Origin: a virus | DNA: 64,000 nt | IMG/VR virus record: IMGVR_UViG_3300029712_000001 | Reading direction: 5' to 3' (one strand) | Shown here: positions 15,386-24,720 of the stretch, piece after piece | Layout: the number at the start of each line of letters is the position of its first letter | Numbering within the stretch: the stretch's first letter is position 1 | Notes under the pieces: generated by a model | Databases searched by the model: none | What the model saw: the letters and a program-made list of their open reading frames with translations, nothing else | What the model was told of the DNA's origin: nothing | Program-made: the position numbers and the translations under genes

Positions 15386-15700
15386 ATGACATTCAAAGAA
15401 TTTATGAAAGAAGTAGGCTATGATCTGATGACTACCTTTTGGGAAGATTTCAGCATAGCTGATAAGTATGGTATAGCAGGTGTCAAAGATACCTACAAAC
15501 GTGCGTTTGATGAATGGAAAGGTAATTATAAGTTCTTCACAGAATTGGTGATTGTGTTGAATCATAAAATCTGGCAGCATTATGAAAGCAATCGTGAACT
15601 GGCTGCATTGTATGACCGGTTGTGGCGAGAAGCTGACGAGTATGCCATGAACAATTTTAAGGGAGAAGAACTTGATTATTATTACAGAATAACCGATTAG
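15386..15700 (+). CDS. Hypothetical protein (104 aa)
   Basis: ATG ORF after a 130-nt spacer that begins with a GC-rich element. Confidence 0.7.
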   Translation: MTFKEFMKEVGYDLMTTFWEDFSIADKYGIAGVKDTYKRAFDEWKGNYKFFTELVIVLNHKIWQHYESNRELAALYDRLWREADEYAMNNFKGEELDYYYRITD

Positions 15701-15702
15701 CT

Positions 15703-15879
15703 ATGTTATACCCGTTTTCATTGACGCTTGACTTATATATACAAGCCGAATCGTTTGAAGAAGCCAAGAATTTAGCGGAAGCATACGTTCAAGATGCTTC
15801 GTTAGATACAACTGACTATCCGGAAATAGTGCAGGATGTATTGGAAGTAGCAGAGTATGAAATAACCGATGTAGAATAA
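15703..15879 (+). CDS. Hypothetical small acidic protein (58 aa), below the ORF-track cutoff
   Basis: Hand translation MLYPFSLTLDLYIQAESFEE...EITDVE fills the gap between 15700 and 15895. Confidence 0.5.
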   Translation: MLYPFSLTLDLYIQAESFEEAKNLAEAYVQDASLDTTDYPEIVQDVLEVAEYEITDVE

Positions 15880-15894
15880 CAAATAACCAATATT

Positions 15895-16308
15895 ATGGCA
15901 GTAATATGTACAAAATGTGGCAGCACGGATGTTTTGTGTGAAGCCCTTGTTAACCCGAATACCGAAAAAGTGGTAAGTTATCATGATGGAGCCTTTATGT
16001 ACGGCTTCTGTGAAAATTGTAAGGACGAATCAGTGATAACAGATACAAATGGTGTCAAATGTGATATGGAAATCAGTTACCTGAAGTTCTGTAAAGTCGA
16101 GAAGAAAGAGCCGGATTATGCGGAATGTCAAATCGTCTGGAAAGAAGACGGGAAAGACGAGAGGGTGAGAATCAAATTATCACAGAATGTAGATGAAGCC
16201 ACGGATGATACAATCTTTTTCTATTGCAACGGATTGGAAGAATTGAAATCCCTTGCAGAATTTGGTGGGGAAGATTTTATAGTGACGGATTTTTGGAAGT
16301 TTTATTGA
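15895..16308 (+). CDS. Zinc-ribbon protein (137 aa)
   Basis: CTKCGS...CENC motifs. Confidence 0.7.
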   Translation: MAVICTKCGSTDVLCEALVNPNTEKVVSYHDGAFMYGFCENCKDESVITDTNGVKCDMEISYLKFCKVEKKEPDYAECQIVWKEDGKDERVRIKLSQNVDEATDDTIFFYCNGLEELKSLAEFGGEDFIVTDFWKFY

Positions 16309-16322
16309 TAAATCAGATAATC

Positions 16323-16535
16323 ATGGAAGAAAAAATTAAAATTGCCGTATTGTGTCTCGATGTCTTGGATGTCGATATTATCACAGTGGACAAATCGTTT
16401 ATTGACGAAAACTTTGGTGGGGACATTGAAGCGTTCCTCATTGAGCATTGCCAATATGACCTTGATAATGTTCAGTGGATGTCTGGCGAGAATATTAATG
16501 TGAACTTGGATATGACTGAAGAGTCTTTTGGTTGA
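16323..16535 (+). CDS. Hypothetical protein (70 aa)
   Basis: First ATG inside the listed 16224 ORF. Confidence 0.55.
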   Translation: MEEKIKIAVLCLDVLDVDIITVDKSFIDENFGGDIEAFLIEHCQYDLDNVQWMSGENINVNLDMTEESFG

Positions 16536-16591
16536 ATTAAAAACAATGATTATGAAAAAGACAGCGATAACCGATGATTTGATAGTATTTA

Positions 16592-17050
16592 GTGACGGAT
16601 TTGTTTGGAAAAGATTATCCAGAAAAAACCGCAGAAGCACTTTGGAACTCTGTTATAAGTCATGAGTTAGAATTGTATTGGGTGCGGACTGATGATGAAT
16701 CCGAAGCTGCAATTGAGAGGTTTAAGGACATGGAAAGAGCGTTTGAATGTGGTGATTATGTGTGTATAGAAGTTGGGAAGTTACCATACAATATGGCTTT
16801 TGGATATATCCACAATTTGCAGGAAATCTCATCACAGGCTATAACCCGTTTAACAGACACTAAGGATTGGAGTCGTGATGTGGCTTTTGCCATGATTCGT
16901 GTATGGGCAAAAGAGTTTACTGAGAAGTATGAGGATTATAAATTTGATGGAGATTATTACGATTTGGTGGATGAATTTATTGATGGGAAATTAAGCGATT
17001 TAGACAACTATGAAACGAACTTTGAAAGAATTACAAGAACTCTGGGATAA
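16592..17050 (+). CDS. Hypothetical protein (152 aa); start uncertain
   Basis: GTG start leaves a 56-nt gap. An ATG at 16546 in frame 1 would join if one A were removed from the A-run near 16610. Confidence 0.65.
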   Translation: MTDLFGKDYPEKTAEALWNSVISHELELYWVRTDDESEAAIERFKDMERAFECGDYVCIEVGKLPYNMAFGYIHNLQEISSQAITRLTDTKDWSRDVAFAMIRVWAKEFTEKYEDYKFDGDYYDLVDEFIDGKLSDLDNYETNFERITRTLG

Positions 17051-17204
17051 ACTTGGCGATATTCCAGTAAACAATGATGATGAGATAGAAGAAGACTTTC
17101 TCAATTTCCCAGCCGGAACCTCAAAGTTTGATGTGTGGCATTGGTTTGATGAACGATGCCCGAACGGAGTAGCAGAAGATTTGATGTATAACACTGAAGA
17201 ATGA
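17010..17204 (+). CDS. Hypothetical protein (64 aa)
   Basis: ATG ORF overlapping the previous gene by 41 nt. Motif WHWFDERCPNG. Confidence 0.55.
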   Translation: MKRTLKELQELWDKLGDIPVNNDDEIEEDFLNFPAGTSKFDVWHWFDERCPNGVAEDLMYNTEE

Positions 17205-17210
17205 ATAATT

Positions 17211-17765
17211 ATGAGACATACCGATTTTTACAAACTAATAGAAGAAATCAAGTTACAGGAACAATGTGAATTAAAAGCAGCCATCAAATCTGTCGGTGGT
17301 TGCTATATATGGGATATATATGATGGTGAAGCCGAATATCCAATCATAGCAGTAAACATGGATAGTATATCTCTGAATCCGACAGATGTGGAGATATATG
17401 AAGTTCAAATTGTGAACAATGTGCTTAAAATAAAGGGAAGAGACAAAGAAAGCAGAGAAGTAGTAGAATTTGAACCGAACGATGTATTTGCCGGACACTT
17501 GTCGTACATCATAGATTATCTGCCTGATGATGAAGATGTATCCCAAGTATTTGATACCAGAGTATTATTTGGAGAGGATGCTTGTGCAGCTTTTGAATGT
17601 GGCGAATTTGATAAGTACAAAAAGACTGAAGGTTATGGTTATGAGGAGCGTCAATTCAATACAGAAGCGGAGCAACAAGCTTATTTATTAGGTCTGTGTG
17701 ATACGGAAGGGTGGAATAGATACCATGTCTTGAATGATAACGAACAATTGACAACGGAGGATTGA
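17211..17765 (+). CDS. Hypothetical protein (184 aa)
   Basis: ATG ORF in the co-directional chain. Confidence 0.7.
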   Translation: MRHTDFYKLIEEIKLQEQCELKAAIKSVGGCYIWDIYDGEAEYPIIAVNMDSISLNPTDVEIYEVQIVNNVLKIKGRDKESREVVEFEPNDVFAGHLSYIIDYLPDDEDVSQVFDTRVLFGEDACAAFECGEFDKYKKTEGYGYEERQFNTEAEQQAYLLGLCDTEGWNRYHVLNDNEQLTTED

Positions 17766-17767
17766 AT

Positions 17768-18184
17768 ATGGCAACAAAGAAATTTGATAGAACCGTGTGG
17801 CATGGTACGGATTGTGATAAAGTTACCAGCCTTTTTGAGTATGGGTTATTGGTGAGATATATTACCAAAGAAAAAAGCTGGCAATGTATATATCGTAATC
17901 CTTATGAACCAAATAAGTTTTCGTACAGTTGGGTAAGCGAGGAAGATATGCGTGAAATGTTTTTGACCGGTTGGGCAAAAGATGATTTGAAGTCGTTTTG
18001 TTCCTATGTCGGTGATACTTGGAATGATTGGCTGCTTCGTCCGGTCGCTACAAGAATATATGATTTGGTTTCCTATTATGGAGCGGAAGAGATATTCGGA
18101 AACAGTTACCGGACTTACACAGCAAAGGAAGTTTGTCTCAGTCTGCATATAAAATATATGGAAGAGTATGAAACAGCGTGCTAA
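17768..18184 (+). CDS. Hypothetical protein (138 aa)
   Basis: First ATG inside the listed 17762 ORF. Confidence 0.7.
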   Translation: MATKKFDRTVWHGTDCDKVTSLFEYGLLVRYITKEKSWQCIYRNPYEPNKFSYSWVSEEDMREMFLTGWAKDDLKSFCSYVGDTWNDWLLRPVATRIYDLVSYYGAEEIFGNSYRTYTAKEVCLSLHIKYMEEYETAC

Positions 18185-18359
18185 TACCCGAAAAGCATTT
18201 GAGTCATATCTGGATGGAATCGGTCTCAGCTTGTCTTCCGAAGAATGGATAATAGGTGGTAAAGACCGGTCACGCTCTCTGTATTATGGCAGGATGCTTA
18301 GAAAACATGACCCGATAGCTTTTGAGGTCGGATATAAAGAATGGTTGAATAGAAAATAA
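18168..18359 (+). CDS. Small protein, family 2 paralog (63 aa)
   Basis: See 15066..15254. Confidence 0.7.
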   Translation: MKQRANTRKAFESYLDGIGLSLSSEEWIIGGKDRSRSLYYGRMLRKHDPIAFEVGYKEWLNRK

Positions 18360-18366
18360 TAGTAGT

Positions 18367-19056
18367 ATGGAAAATGACTATAAAACAATAGAATATCGTG
18401 GGTATAATATCAATATCAAATATGATTCTGACTCACGAAGCCCTCGTGAATGGGATAACTTAGGAGTTATTTACTCGAATCATAGAAATTATAGTCCAGA
18501 CGATCACAGTATCGAAGAACTATTGGAGCAAGAATGTTACCAAGATGATAATTACAGATTCTCCCCAGACAAGTTTAGCGAGGATTATATCTGGCTTCGG
18601 ATATACGCTTATATTCATGGTGGCATCACTATTAGTTGCGGTGAATCTTGTCCGTATAATGACCGCTGGGATTCAGGTTTGTTTGGTATCATTGCGGTGG
18701 ATAAAAATATAGTCAAAAAGGAATATGGATGTACTCAGATAAGCGATGAAATTCGGAATAAGGTTATAGGTGTTTTGAAATCCGAAGTAAAAACTCTTGA
18801 TGATTATTATACTGGTTCTGTATATGGTTTTGAAGTAACGAAAATTGACAATGACGATGTTCTCGATTCCTGTTGGGGCTATTATGGTGACGATAGCGTG
18901 GAGGACATTGAGGCAGAGTGCAAGTCTGTGATTGATGGTTTTGTCAAAGAAGAAAAACAAGCCCGGCTTAATTATTTGAGACAGAAAATTAGAAAGAAAG
19001 GTCTTCAATTGCGCCTACCGTTTTTAGATTATCCACAAATAAAAGTAAGTATATAA
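18367..19056 (+). CDS. Conserved hypothetical protein with SPREWDNLG motif (229 aa)
   Basis: DSDSRSPREWDNLGVIYSNHRNY and YYTGSVYGFEV. From memory, this resembles a family seen in plasmid and phage early regions. Function unknown. Confidence 0.7.
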   Translation: MENDYKTIEYRGYNINIKYDSDSRSPREWDNLGVIYSNHRNYSPDDHSIEELLEQECYQDDNYRFSPDKFSEDYIWLRIYAYIHGGITISCGESCPYNDRWDSGLFGIIAVDKNIVKKEYGCTQISDEIRNKVIGVLKSEVKTLDDYYTGSVYGFEVTKIDNDDVLDSCWGYYGDDSVEDIEAECKSVIDGFVKEEKQARLNYLRQKIRKKGLQLRLPFLDYPQIKVSI

Positions 19057-19457
19057 TGAAAACACAAAAAGAATATGCCTATAAGATTGGTGAAATCGTT
19101 CTCAGGGATGTGGAAAGTTGCCAGAGTGACTGGTTCCTTATTGATCAGGAAATATTTATGCTTCCTGAAAACCGGAACAAGGCATTTATTTTGGGAACCC
19201 GGAAGACCGGATGTGATTTAATAATACTGGGTGGCACTAATTGTGATGAAGGTAGTATGGATTGGCTTTTCGGTTGCCTTGGCAATGAAAACTTCTATGT
19301 ATGCCAGCCAGTATCTTTCTATAAATCACAACAAGAAATCCAGAAAGTAAATCCGCTTTATGCTTTCAAGGTGGCCACTGCTTATTTTAGAGAACAAGGG
19401 AAGGTTCCGGTATTTGAAGATAGTAACTGTAGATTATTGACATACTCCCATAGCTAA
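19056..19457 (+). CDS. Hypothetical protein (133 aa) whose last 7-8 codons and stop come from the IS right end
   Basis: The IS boundary at 19434/19435 lies inside the ORF. The C-terminal residues LTYSHS and the stop codon are read from IS sequence. Confidence 0.65.
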   Translation: MKTQKEYAYKIGEIVLRDVESCQSDWFLIDQEIFMLPENRNKAFILGTRKTGCDLIILGGTNCDEGSMDWLFGCLGNENFYVCQPVSFYKSQQEIQKVNPLYAFKVATAYFREQGKVPVFEDSNCRLLTYSHS

Positions 19458-19605
19458 AGCAAATGGGATTCTTGGATACAAGCGCAAGAAACCCCGATGT
19501 TGCTATCGCTGGAATTACTCTTGCTCTCCAATTCGGAAATGCCCTTCCGAAGTATATTACGGGCTGCAAGAACATCACGGTCGTTAATTGCGCCGCACGC
19601 TGGGC
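19435..19605 (-). ncRNA. Putative omega-RNA scaffold of the complete copy; 5' limit approximate
   Basis: Stems 19485-19489/19519-19523 and 19495-19498/19505-19508 covary with copy 1. Confidence 0.45.
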
Positions 19606-20593
19606 ACACCCACGTGCGGTCGCGTAACGACAGTCCTTTATTAATGCAGCCGCATTCACAAGTTTTGGAAGAAGGATACCATTTGTCAATCTTGTGTATC
19701 GTTACTCCATATTTTGAAGCGACATACGTAAGTTTATCAATAAAAGAAGAATGACTAAGATCAGAAACCTTCTTTCCCCACAAACGTTTCATTCCTTCAA
19801 TGCTTAGATCTTCAATGAAAATATAATCATATTGTTTGCATAAATCATGAGCTAATTTCCATTGAAAATCTGATCGAAGATCGTTTATTTTACGATACGT
19901 TTGTTGTAGTTCAAACAGTCTCCTTCTTCTATTATTGGATCCTTTCTTTGCATTAGAAAGCCGTTTGTTTAGTTTTCTAATCCTGTTTTGATATTGTTTG
20001 AAGAATAATGGAGACCCAATTTTGCTACCATCACTTTTAGTTAGATAAGTTTTCAGTCCAAAATCCAATCCGATAGATGCACCATCATGTGTCTTTCTAT
20101 AAGAGTTTGAATGATTATGATCTGTAACTACAATCAAACTAAAACGGGAACAGGTTTCTCTAACTATTCTAATTTGTTTAACATTACCTTCGTAGCCTCT
20201 ACTGTATGAGAATCTAAATCGTTTGTTTCCTTTGTTAATTGTTAGACAATTCCCATTTAGGGTAAACCCACCTTGTTTGAAAACAAAAGAGTTGAATTTC
20301 TCCGGTGATTTAAACTTAGGAGGTCGTTTAGCTAACTTCTTAAAGAAACGATTATAAGATTCATCAAGACGTTCAAGTATTTCTTGTGTTGTTTGAGAAT
20401 GAAGTAGATTTCTTTTAATTCTTTTGGCAAAATACTTCTTCATTTTACCAATTGATATATATTTCCCAAATAGTTTGTAGTATCTACGTTGTAGAGCTAA
20501 CGCATGATTCCATACAAAACAACATTCACGAAGCATCTTTTCCAGATACTTCGTTTTCCTGGAATGGTATATGTTGTATTTGTATGAAATCAT
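19454..20593 (-). CDS. tnpB: TnpB RNA-guided nuclease (379 aa)
   Basis: Full-length OrfB-type ORF with an IEDL RuvC-type motif, zinc finger CECGC...CPACG, and DRDVLAARNIL. Confidence 0.92.
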   Translation of the reverse strand: MISYKYNIYHSRKTKYLEKMLRECCFVWNHALALQRRYYKLFGKYISIGKMKKYFAKRIKRNLLHSQTTQEILERLDESYNRFFKKLAKRPPKFKSPEKFNSFVFKQGGFTLNGNCLTINKGNKRFRFSYSRGYEGNVKQIRIVRETCSRFSLIVVTDHNHSNSYRKTHDGASIGLDFGLKTYLTKSDGSKIGSPLFFKQYQNRIRKLNKRLSNAKKGSNNRRRRLFELQQTYRKINDLRSDFQWKLAHDLCKQYDYIFIEDLSIEGMKRLWGKKVSDLSHSSFIDKLTYVASKYGVTIHKIDKWYPSSKTCECGCINKGLSLRDRTWVCPACGAINDRDVLAARNILRKGISELESKSNSSDSNIGVSCACIQESHLL

Positions 20594-20686
20594 TTTTTTA
20601 TCTGTAATTTTGATTCAAAATTAATCAAACCAATTCATCTACCTACTAAAGTATGGTGGTTTTGTTGGTTAAATAATCATAAAACT

Positions 20687-21094
20687 ATGAGCATAAAAGT
20701 AATAAGATACAGGTTGCCATCTTGTTGGGCTTGTCCGTTAATCAATGATGATTACACTGGATTAACGGATGAAGAATGTGAGGAAATCCATAAAATACAA
20801 GATATGGAAAGATTGAATTTTGAAACATTGTTTCGTATCGTAAGATGGGATTACAACCGTTGCTTTAAGGATGAATCACTGGACAAGGATTTGTTCGTAG
20901 AAAAATACGGACGGGTAATGGGTGAACATTATTATAACAAGTTTGTCCATGAATTTGACGGAAATATTCTGAAGATGGTTGGTTACTTCAGAGGTTCCGA
21001 AAAAGAGGGGCAAGTCTTCTGCGATATGATAACCGAACGTATTGAAAAATACGAAAAGAGAATGTCATATGATAAAGGTAAGTTAAACAATTAA
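20687..21094 (+). CDS. Hypothetical protein (135 aa)
   Basis: ATG ORF. CPLINDDYTGLTDEECEEI motif of unknown function. Confidence 0.7.
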   Translation: MSIKVIRYRLPSCWACPLINDDYTGLTDEECEEIHKIQDMERLNFETLFRIVRWDYNRCFKDESLDKDLFVEKYGRVMGEHYYNKFVHEFDGNILKMVGYFRGSEKEGQVFCDMITERIEKYEKRMSYDKGKLNN

Positions 21095-21106
21095 AAAGAT
21101 ATTTAT

Positions 21107-22168
21107 ATGAACAATTCAATGGTCGCTCACTTGTGGGCTCATGAACAAGAAGAATCAGCATCAGGGAGCAATTTCTTCTTTGAAGGTACAAGTATTTATT
21201 CTTATGGGTATCACTTTGAAGTCGGGAGAATAGTAAAAAACAAACAAGGGAAGAAAGCATACCTGATAAATGAAGATTATTATTCTGCTACCACGAGCAA
21301 ATATCAATGCTATGTTCGTAATGCGATACCAACTCAGGCAATGGTTTTCAGTGTAGGGGATAATATATCGGATACTGGTAATATGAGGTTTGTTGCCAGC
21401 AAACTGGAATCAATTAAGAAGTCTATTGAAAAATACAAAAGAGCTAAAACAGAATTATCTTATACAGATATTTGGGGCGCTTTTGGGAATATGATGGATT
21501 ACATTCAGTTCTTTAACATGGGAACTGCTAAGAGTATCCTTAAAAAGGGTGCTAATGATTGGCTTGGAACCAATCATGAATTATCCAAAAGCGAAGATAG
21601 TATCAAGCGTAAGCACGTACATGAATTAAAACGCATCTTTCAAATTTTATTGGATCATCAAGGATTAAAAGTGTTAGGGACCGTAAATGTGATTGTTGAT
21701 GAAGTTTGCGGGGAAGGTACATGGATTAAGTATTCAGAAAGATCTGAAAGATGGAGAAAGGGTGAGGAAGAAAGAGAAAGAATAAAATTAGAGAGATTAA
21801 GAAAGGAAGAAGAAGCCCGTTACAAGGATTTTGATGAAAAACTGGAAGAGTGGAAGTCAGGAGAAATCAATTTCTTGAATACACCTTTCTATATTCCTGG
21901 TGAAAAACCTAACGCCTGGATTCGTATAAAAGGAAATATTATTGAGACAAGTAAACAGATAAAGATTGGAATAGCAGAAGCCAGAAAACTGTGGCGGGCT
22001 GTGTCGGCAATGCACCGGGGCGCCGAGTTTCGGCACGGTCTGGTGGAGGACATCACCGGTCACCAGTGGAGTCTAAATCGGTACAAAAACGATTTGCTAA
22101 CCGCTGGATGTCATAGGATAGCATATAACGAAATGGAGAGAATAGCAAAACAACTGGGATGGGTTTAA
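21107..22168 (+). CDS. Hypothetical protein with central charged coiled coil (353 aa)
   Basis: Long ORF preceded by AACAATTAAAA, with a terminator at its stop. Contains GC island 21990-22072. Confidence 0.8.
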   Translation: MNNSMVAHLWAHEQEESASGSNFFFEGTSIYSYGYHFEVGRIVKNKQGKKAYLINEDYYSATTSKYQCYVRNAIPTQAMVFSVGDNISDTGNMRFVASKLESIKKSIEKYKRAKTELSYTDIWGAFGNMMDYIQFFNMGTAKSILKKGANDWLGTNHELSKSEDSIKRKHVHELKRIFQILLDHQGLKVLGTVNVIVDEVCGEGTWIKYSERSERWRKGEEERERIKLERLRKEEEARYKDFDEKLEEWKSGEINFLNTPFYIPGEKPNAWIRIKGNIIETSKQIKIGIAEARKLWRAVSAMHRGAEFRHGLVEDITGHQWSLNRYKNDLLTAGCHRIAYNEMERIAKQLGWV

Positions 22169-22185
22169 GTAACCCATCTTATTTT
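22158..22185 (+). terminator. Intrinsic terminator
   Basis: GATGGGTT (22158-22165) pairs with AACCCATC (22171-22178), then ttatttt. Confidence 0.75.
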
Positions 22186-22208
22186 ATAACAATTAAAAAC
22201 GAAAAGAT

Positions 22209-22946
22209 ATGGAAAATCCAATTATTGTTCCGTTTGATTTAAATACGGCGAGAAAAATCAAAAGCGGAGAAATAGAAGGTTCGGTATTAATTAATGATAT
22301 TGAAATAGAATTTGTATATGAGTCGAAAAACTGTGCAAGTCCTTATAATTTGCTTTTTGTAAAAAAAGATGGATATGGGATAAGCGCTATATATGCTAAC
22401 ACAGAAGGTTGTACTTTTGCTGACGCCACTCTGGAATTGAGGGTAGAGGCTGGAGCGTATTTTAAGAAAGGAGATGTATTAACAAGCACTAAAGGATGTC
22501 AATTTATATATGATGGACTTATTACCAAAGGGGTAATGGGAAGTATATGTGGAATGGTAACATCTGGAGATATTGGGTTTGATTGCAAATTATGGACTGA
22601 TGTGTATGATGGATATAAAAAACGGCATGTAAGAAAGGCTATAGAAGAAGAGAAGAAATTTTTAGCAGAAAAGATTATAAAAGTCGAAGACAGTAGAAAA
22701 ATAGATATAATAAAACGATATTTAAGTGAATATGAGTATCTGTTAGATGAGATGCCGAAACATGACTTCAAACCATTTGAACGAGTATTGGTAAGAAGAA
22801 CTAACCAAGAGAGGTGGAAATTGCATTTATTTTCCAGAGAATCAGGAGAAGATAATAAATACGAATGCTTAGGAGGGGTAGGATTTAGTCAGTGTATCCC
22901 ATACGAAGGAAACGAACATCTTTTAGGAACCAATAAAAACAAATAA
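22209..22946 (+). CDS. Family 3 protein (245 aa), tandem paralog A
   Basis: PFDLNTARKI...DFKPFERVLVR...YEGNEHLLGT aligns along the full length with 22951..23688. Confidence 0.8.
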   Translation: MENPIIVPFDLNTARKIKSGEIEGSVLINDIEIEFVYESKNCASPYNLLFVKKDGYGISAIYANTEGCTFADATLELRVEAGAYFKKGDVLTSTKGCQFIYDGLITKGVMGSICGMVTSGDIGFDCKLWTDVYDGYKKRHVRKAIEEEKKFLAEKIIKVEDSRKIDIIKRYLSEYEYLLDEMPKHDFKPFERVLVRRTNQERWKLHLFSRESGEDNKYECLGGVGFSQCIPYEGNEHLLGTNKNK

Positions 22947-22950
22947 GATT

Positions 22951-23688
22951 ATGGAATATAAAATGGTAACAATCCCGTTTGATTTAGAAACGGCAAAAAA
23001 AATAAACATAGGGGAAAGAGTAGGTCAGATTGTGACAGAGAAAGGACGAAATAGAGCAGAAATAGTATATGAAGACAATTCGTCAATTTGTCCGTTATTG
23101 GTTGTAATTCATTCTATTTCTGTATCGGCAGATTGGTTTTCTGCTACAGGAAAAGCATTTAGCAGCGAAAATCGCCTCCTTCTTGAAGTCCCGGAATATA
23201 CTACATTTAAAGATGGAGATGTGTTAAGCAACGAAGAAGGAAATTTTATTTTTATCTTAAATACTAATGGGAAATATTTAACATCTTTGTATGCGAGTCT
23301 TGCAGCGGGAACAAGTCTTAATATATCGGATAATATTGCTGCACACGAAAACCACATAGAATGTTATAGACTTGCAACAGATTCGGAAAAACAGAAGATG
23401 ATTAAAGCGTTAAAGAAAAGCGAAAATCCTAAAGCAAAAGAATATCTGAAACGCTTCTTCGGGATTAAAGAAGAGCCGAAATATGATTTTAAGCCGTTTG
23501 ACAAAGTGCTGGTAAGAAAAGAAGGAAATAAAAAATGGAATATCAGTTTGTTTGCAAGGGAAATTGTGGACGATTATAATGGATTGCCTTATAAGTACGA
23601 ATGTTCCAATGGAACATTATGGGATTATTGTATTCATTTTGAGGGTAATGAATGTCTTTTAGGAACTACTGAAAATCCAGAAAAATGA
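22951..23688 (+). CDS. Family 3 protein (245 aa), tandem paralog B
   Basis: PFDLETAKKI...DFKPFDKVLVR...FEGNECLLGT. Confidence 0.8.
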   Translation: MEYKMVTIPFDLETAKKINIGERVGQIVTEKGRNRAEIVYEDNSSICPLLVVIHSISVSADWFSATGKAFSSENRLLLEVPEYTTFKDGDVLSNEEGNFIFILNTNGKYLTSLYASLAAGTSLNISDNIAAHENHIECYRLATDSEKQKMIKALKKSENPKAKEYLKRFFGIKEEPKYDFKPFDKVLVRKEGNKKWNISLFAREIVDDYNGLPYKYECSNGTLWDYCIHFEGNECLLGTTENPEK

Positions 23689-23784
23689 AAACAAGTAAAT
23701 CAAGGAGCAAAATCAGCGATGTAAATACGGCGTAATCACTATCAGTTTCGACGTTTATAAACATCATATTAAAATCATAAAAAC

Positions 23785-24039
23785 ATGAATGAGGATATTT
23801 TAAGCAACATGTTAGGATGTCAGACATATTGTATATCAGACAGTCCTTCGAATAGATACTGTCTTATTGGGCCTATTGAGTGCAATGAGAAGTTAATAGA
23901 AGTGTTTAAGAAGGGGATAACAGTAAAACTCAAATACGTGGAAAAACGAGTCCTGGATACATTTACGGACAACGGAATCGACCTGAGCAATTACACTCAC
24001 TGTATTATTGTGAAGCGGAATTTTTATCTCGCTTGGTAA
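23785..24039 (+). CDS. Hypothetical protein (84 aa)
   Basis: ATG ORF. Confidence 0.6.
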   Translation: MNEDILSNMLGCQTYCISDSPSNRYCLIGPIECNEKLIEVFKKGITVKLKYVEKRVLDTFTDNGIDLSNYTHCIIVKRNFYLAW

Positions 24040-24057
24040 CAGTAAAATACAAACAAT

Positions 24058-24720
24058 ATGAATAATTTTGTAATAGATACTCCAGATAATTTCTGGCAAA
24101 TAAGATGGCTTGACAAGTATATGGAAGGTCACAAAGGGTTCATAGCTGGTGGATGTTTTAAAAATATCCTTTCCGGAGAAAAAGTAAAAGACATTGATAT
24201 TTTCTTTGAAAGTGAAAGCGATTTTCAGGAAGCTGTTGATTTGTTCAATGATGAAAAACATCAGAAAGAAGGATGGAAATTTAAGTACAGGAATGAGAAG
24301 GTATGTGCGTTCCAGAAAGAGGGAGAAAAGGTATGGGTAGAGTTCATAGAGTCAGAGTTCGGAAAGCCAGAAGCGATTCTCAGGAGCTTCGACTTTACTG
24401 TAGCAAAAATGGCTTACTACAAGGAGCCTAAATACGAAGAAGAGGAAGATGATTATTTTCCATTCTCATCTGCAAGTATAGTAGCATACGAGTACAAACT
24501 ACTCTACCATGAGAAATTCTTCGAACATCTTCATATGAAGAGGCTGGTCATTGACGAAAATATTCCTTTTCCAGTAAGCACATGGGAACGCTCATATCGG
24601 TATAAAGGATATGGTTACAATATGTGCCGGGAGACAAAGAAAAAACTTCTACAGGCTCTTAAAGATGTAAATGTAGAGGAGGAAGATGTATCTTTGTATG
24701 CTACTGGAGGATGGGATTAA
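24058..24720 (+). CDS. Class II nucleotidyltransferase head-domain protein (CCA-adding / poly(A) polymerase family-like), 220 aa
   Basis: IAGGCFKNILSGEKVKDIDIFF fits the GG..R..L.G....DxD pattern. RSFDFTVAKMAY resembles RRDFTINAMA. Confidence 0.6.
   Translation: MNNFVIDTPDNFWQIRWLDKYMEGHKGFIAGGCFKNILSGEKVKDIDIFFESESDFQEAVDLFNDEKHQKEGWKFKYRNEKVCAFQKEGEKVWVEFIESEFGKPEAILRSFDFTVAKMAYYKEPKYEEEEDDYFPFSSASIVAYEYKLLYHEKFFEHLHMKRLVIDENIPFPVSTWERSYRYKGYGYNMCRETKKKLLQALKDVNVEEEDVSLYATGGWD

Larger units (their letters stand above)
19435..20660 (-). mobile_element. Complete tnpB-only IS (IS605/IS1341-like), no tnpA; left boundary approximate
   Basis: Right end is defined by comparison with copy 1. The left-end region 20594-20660 holds a TTGATT/AATCAA hairpin and a CATACT motif complementary to the right-end AGTATG. 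Confidence 0.75.
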
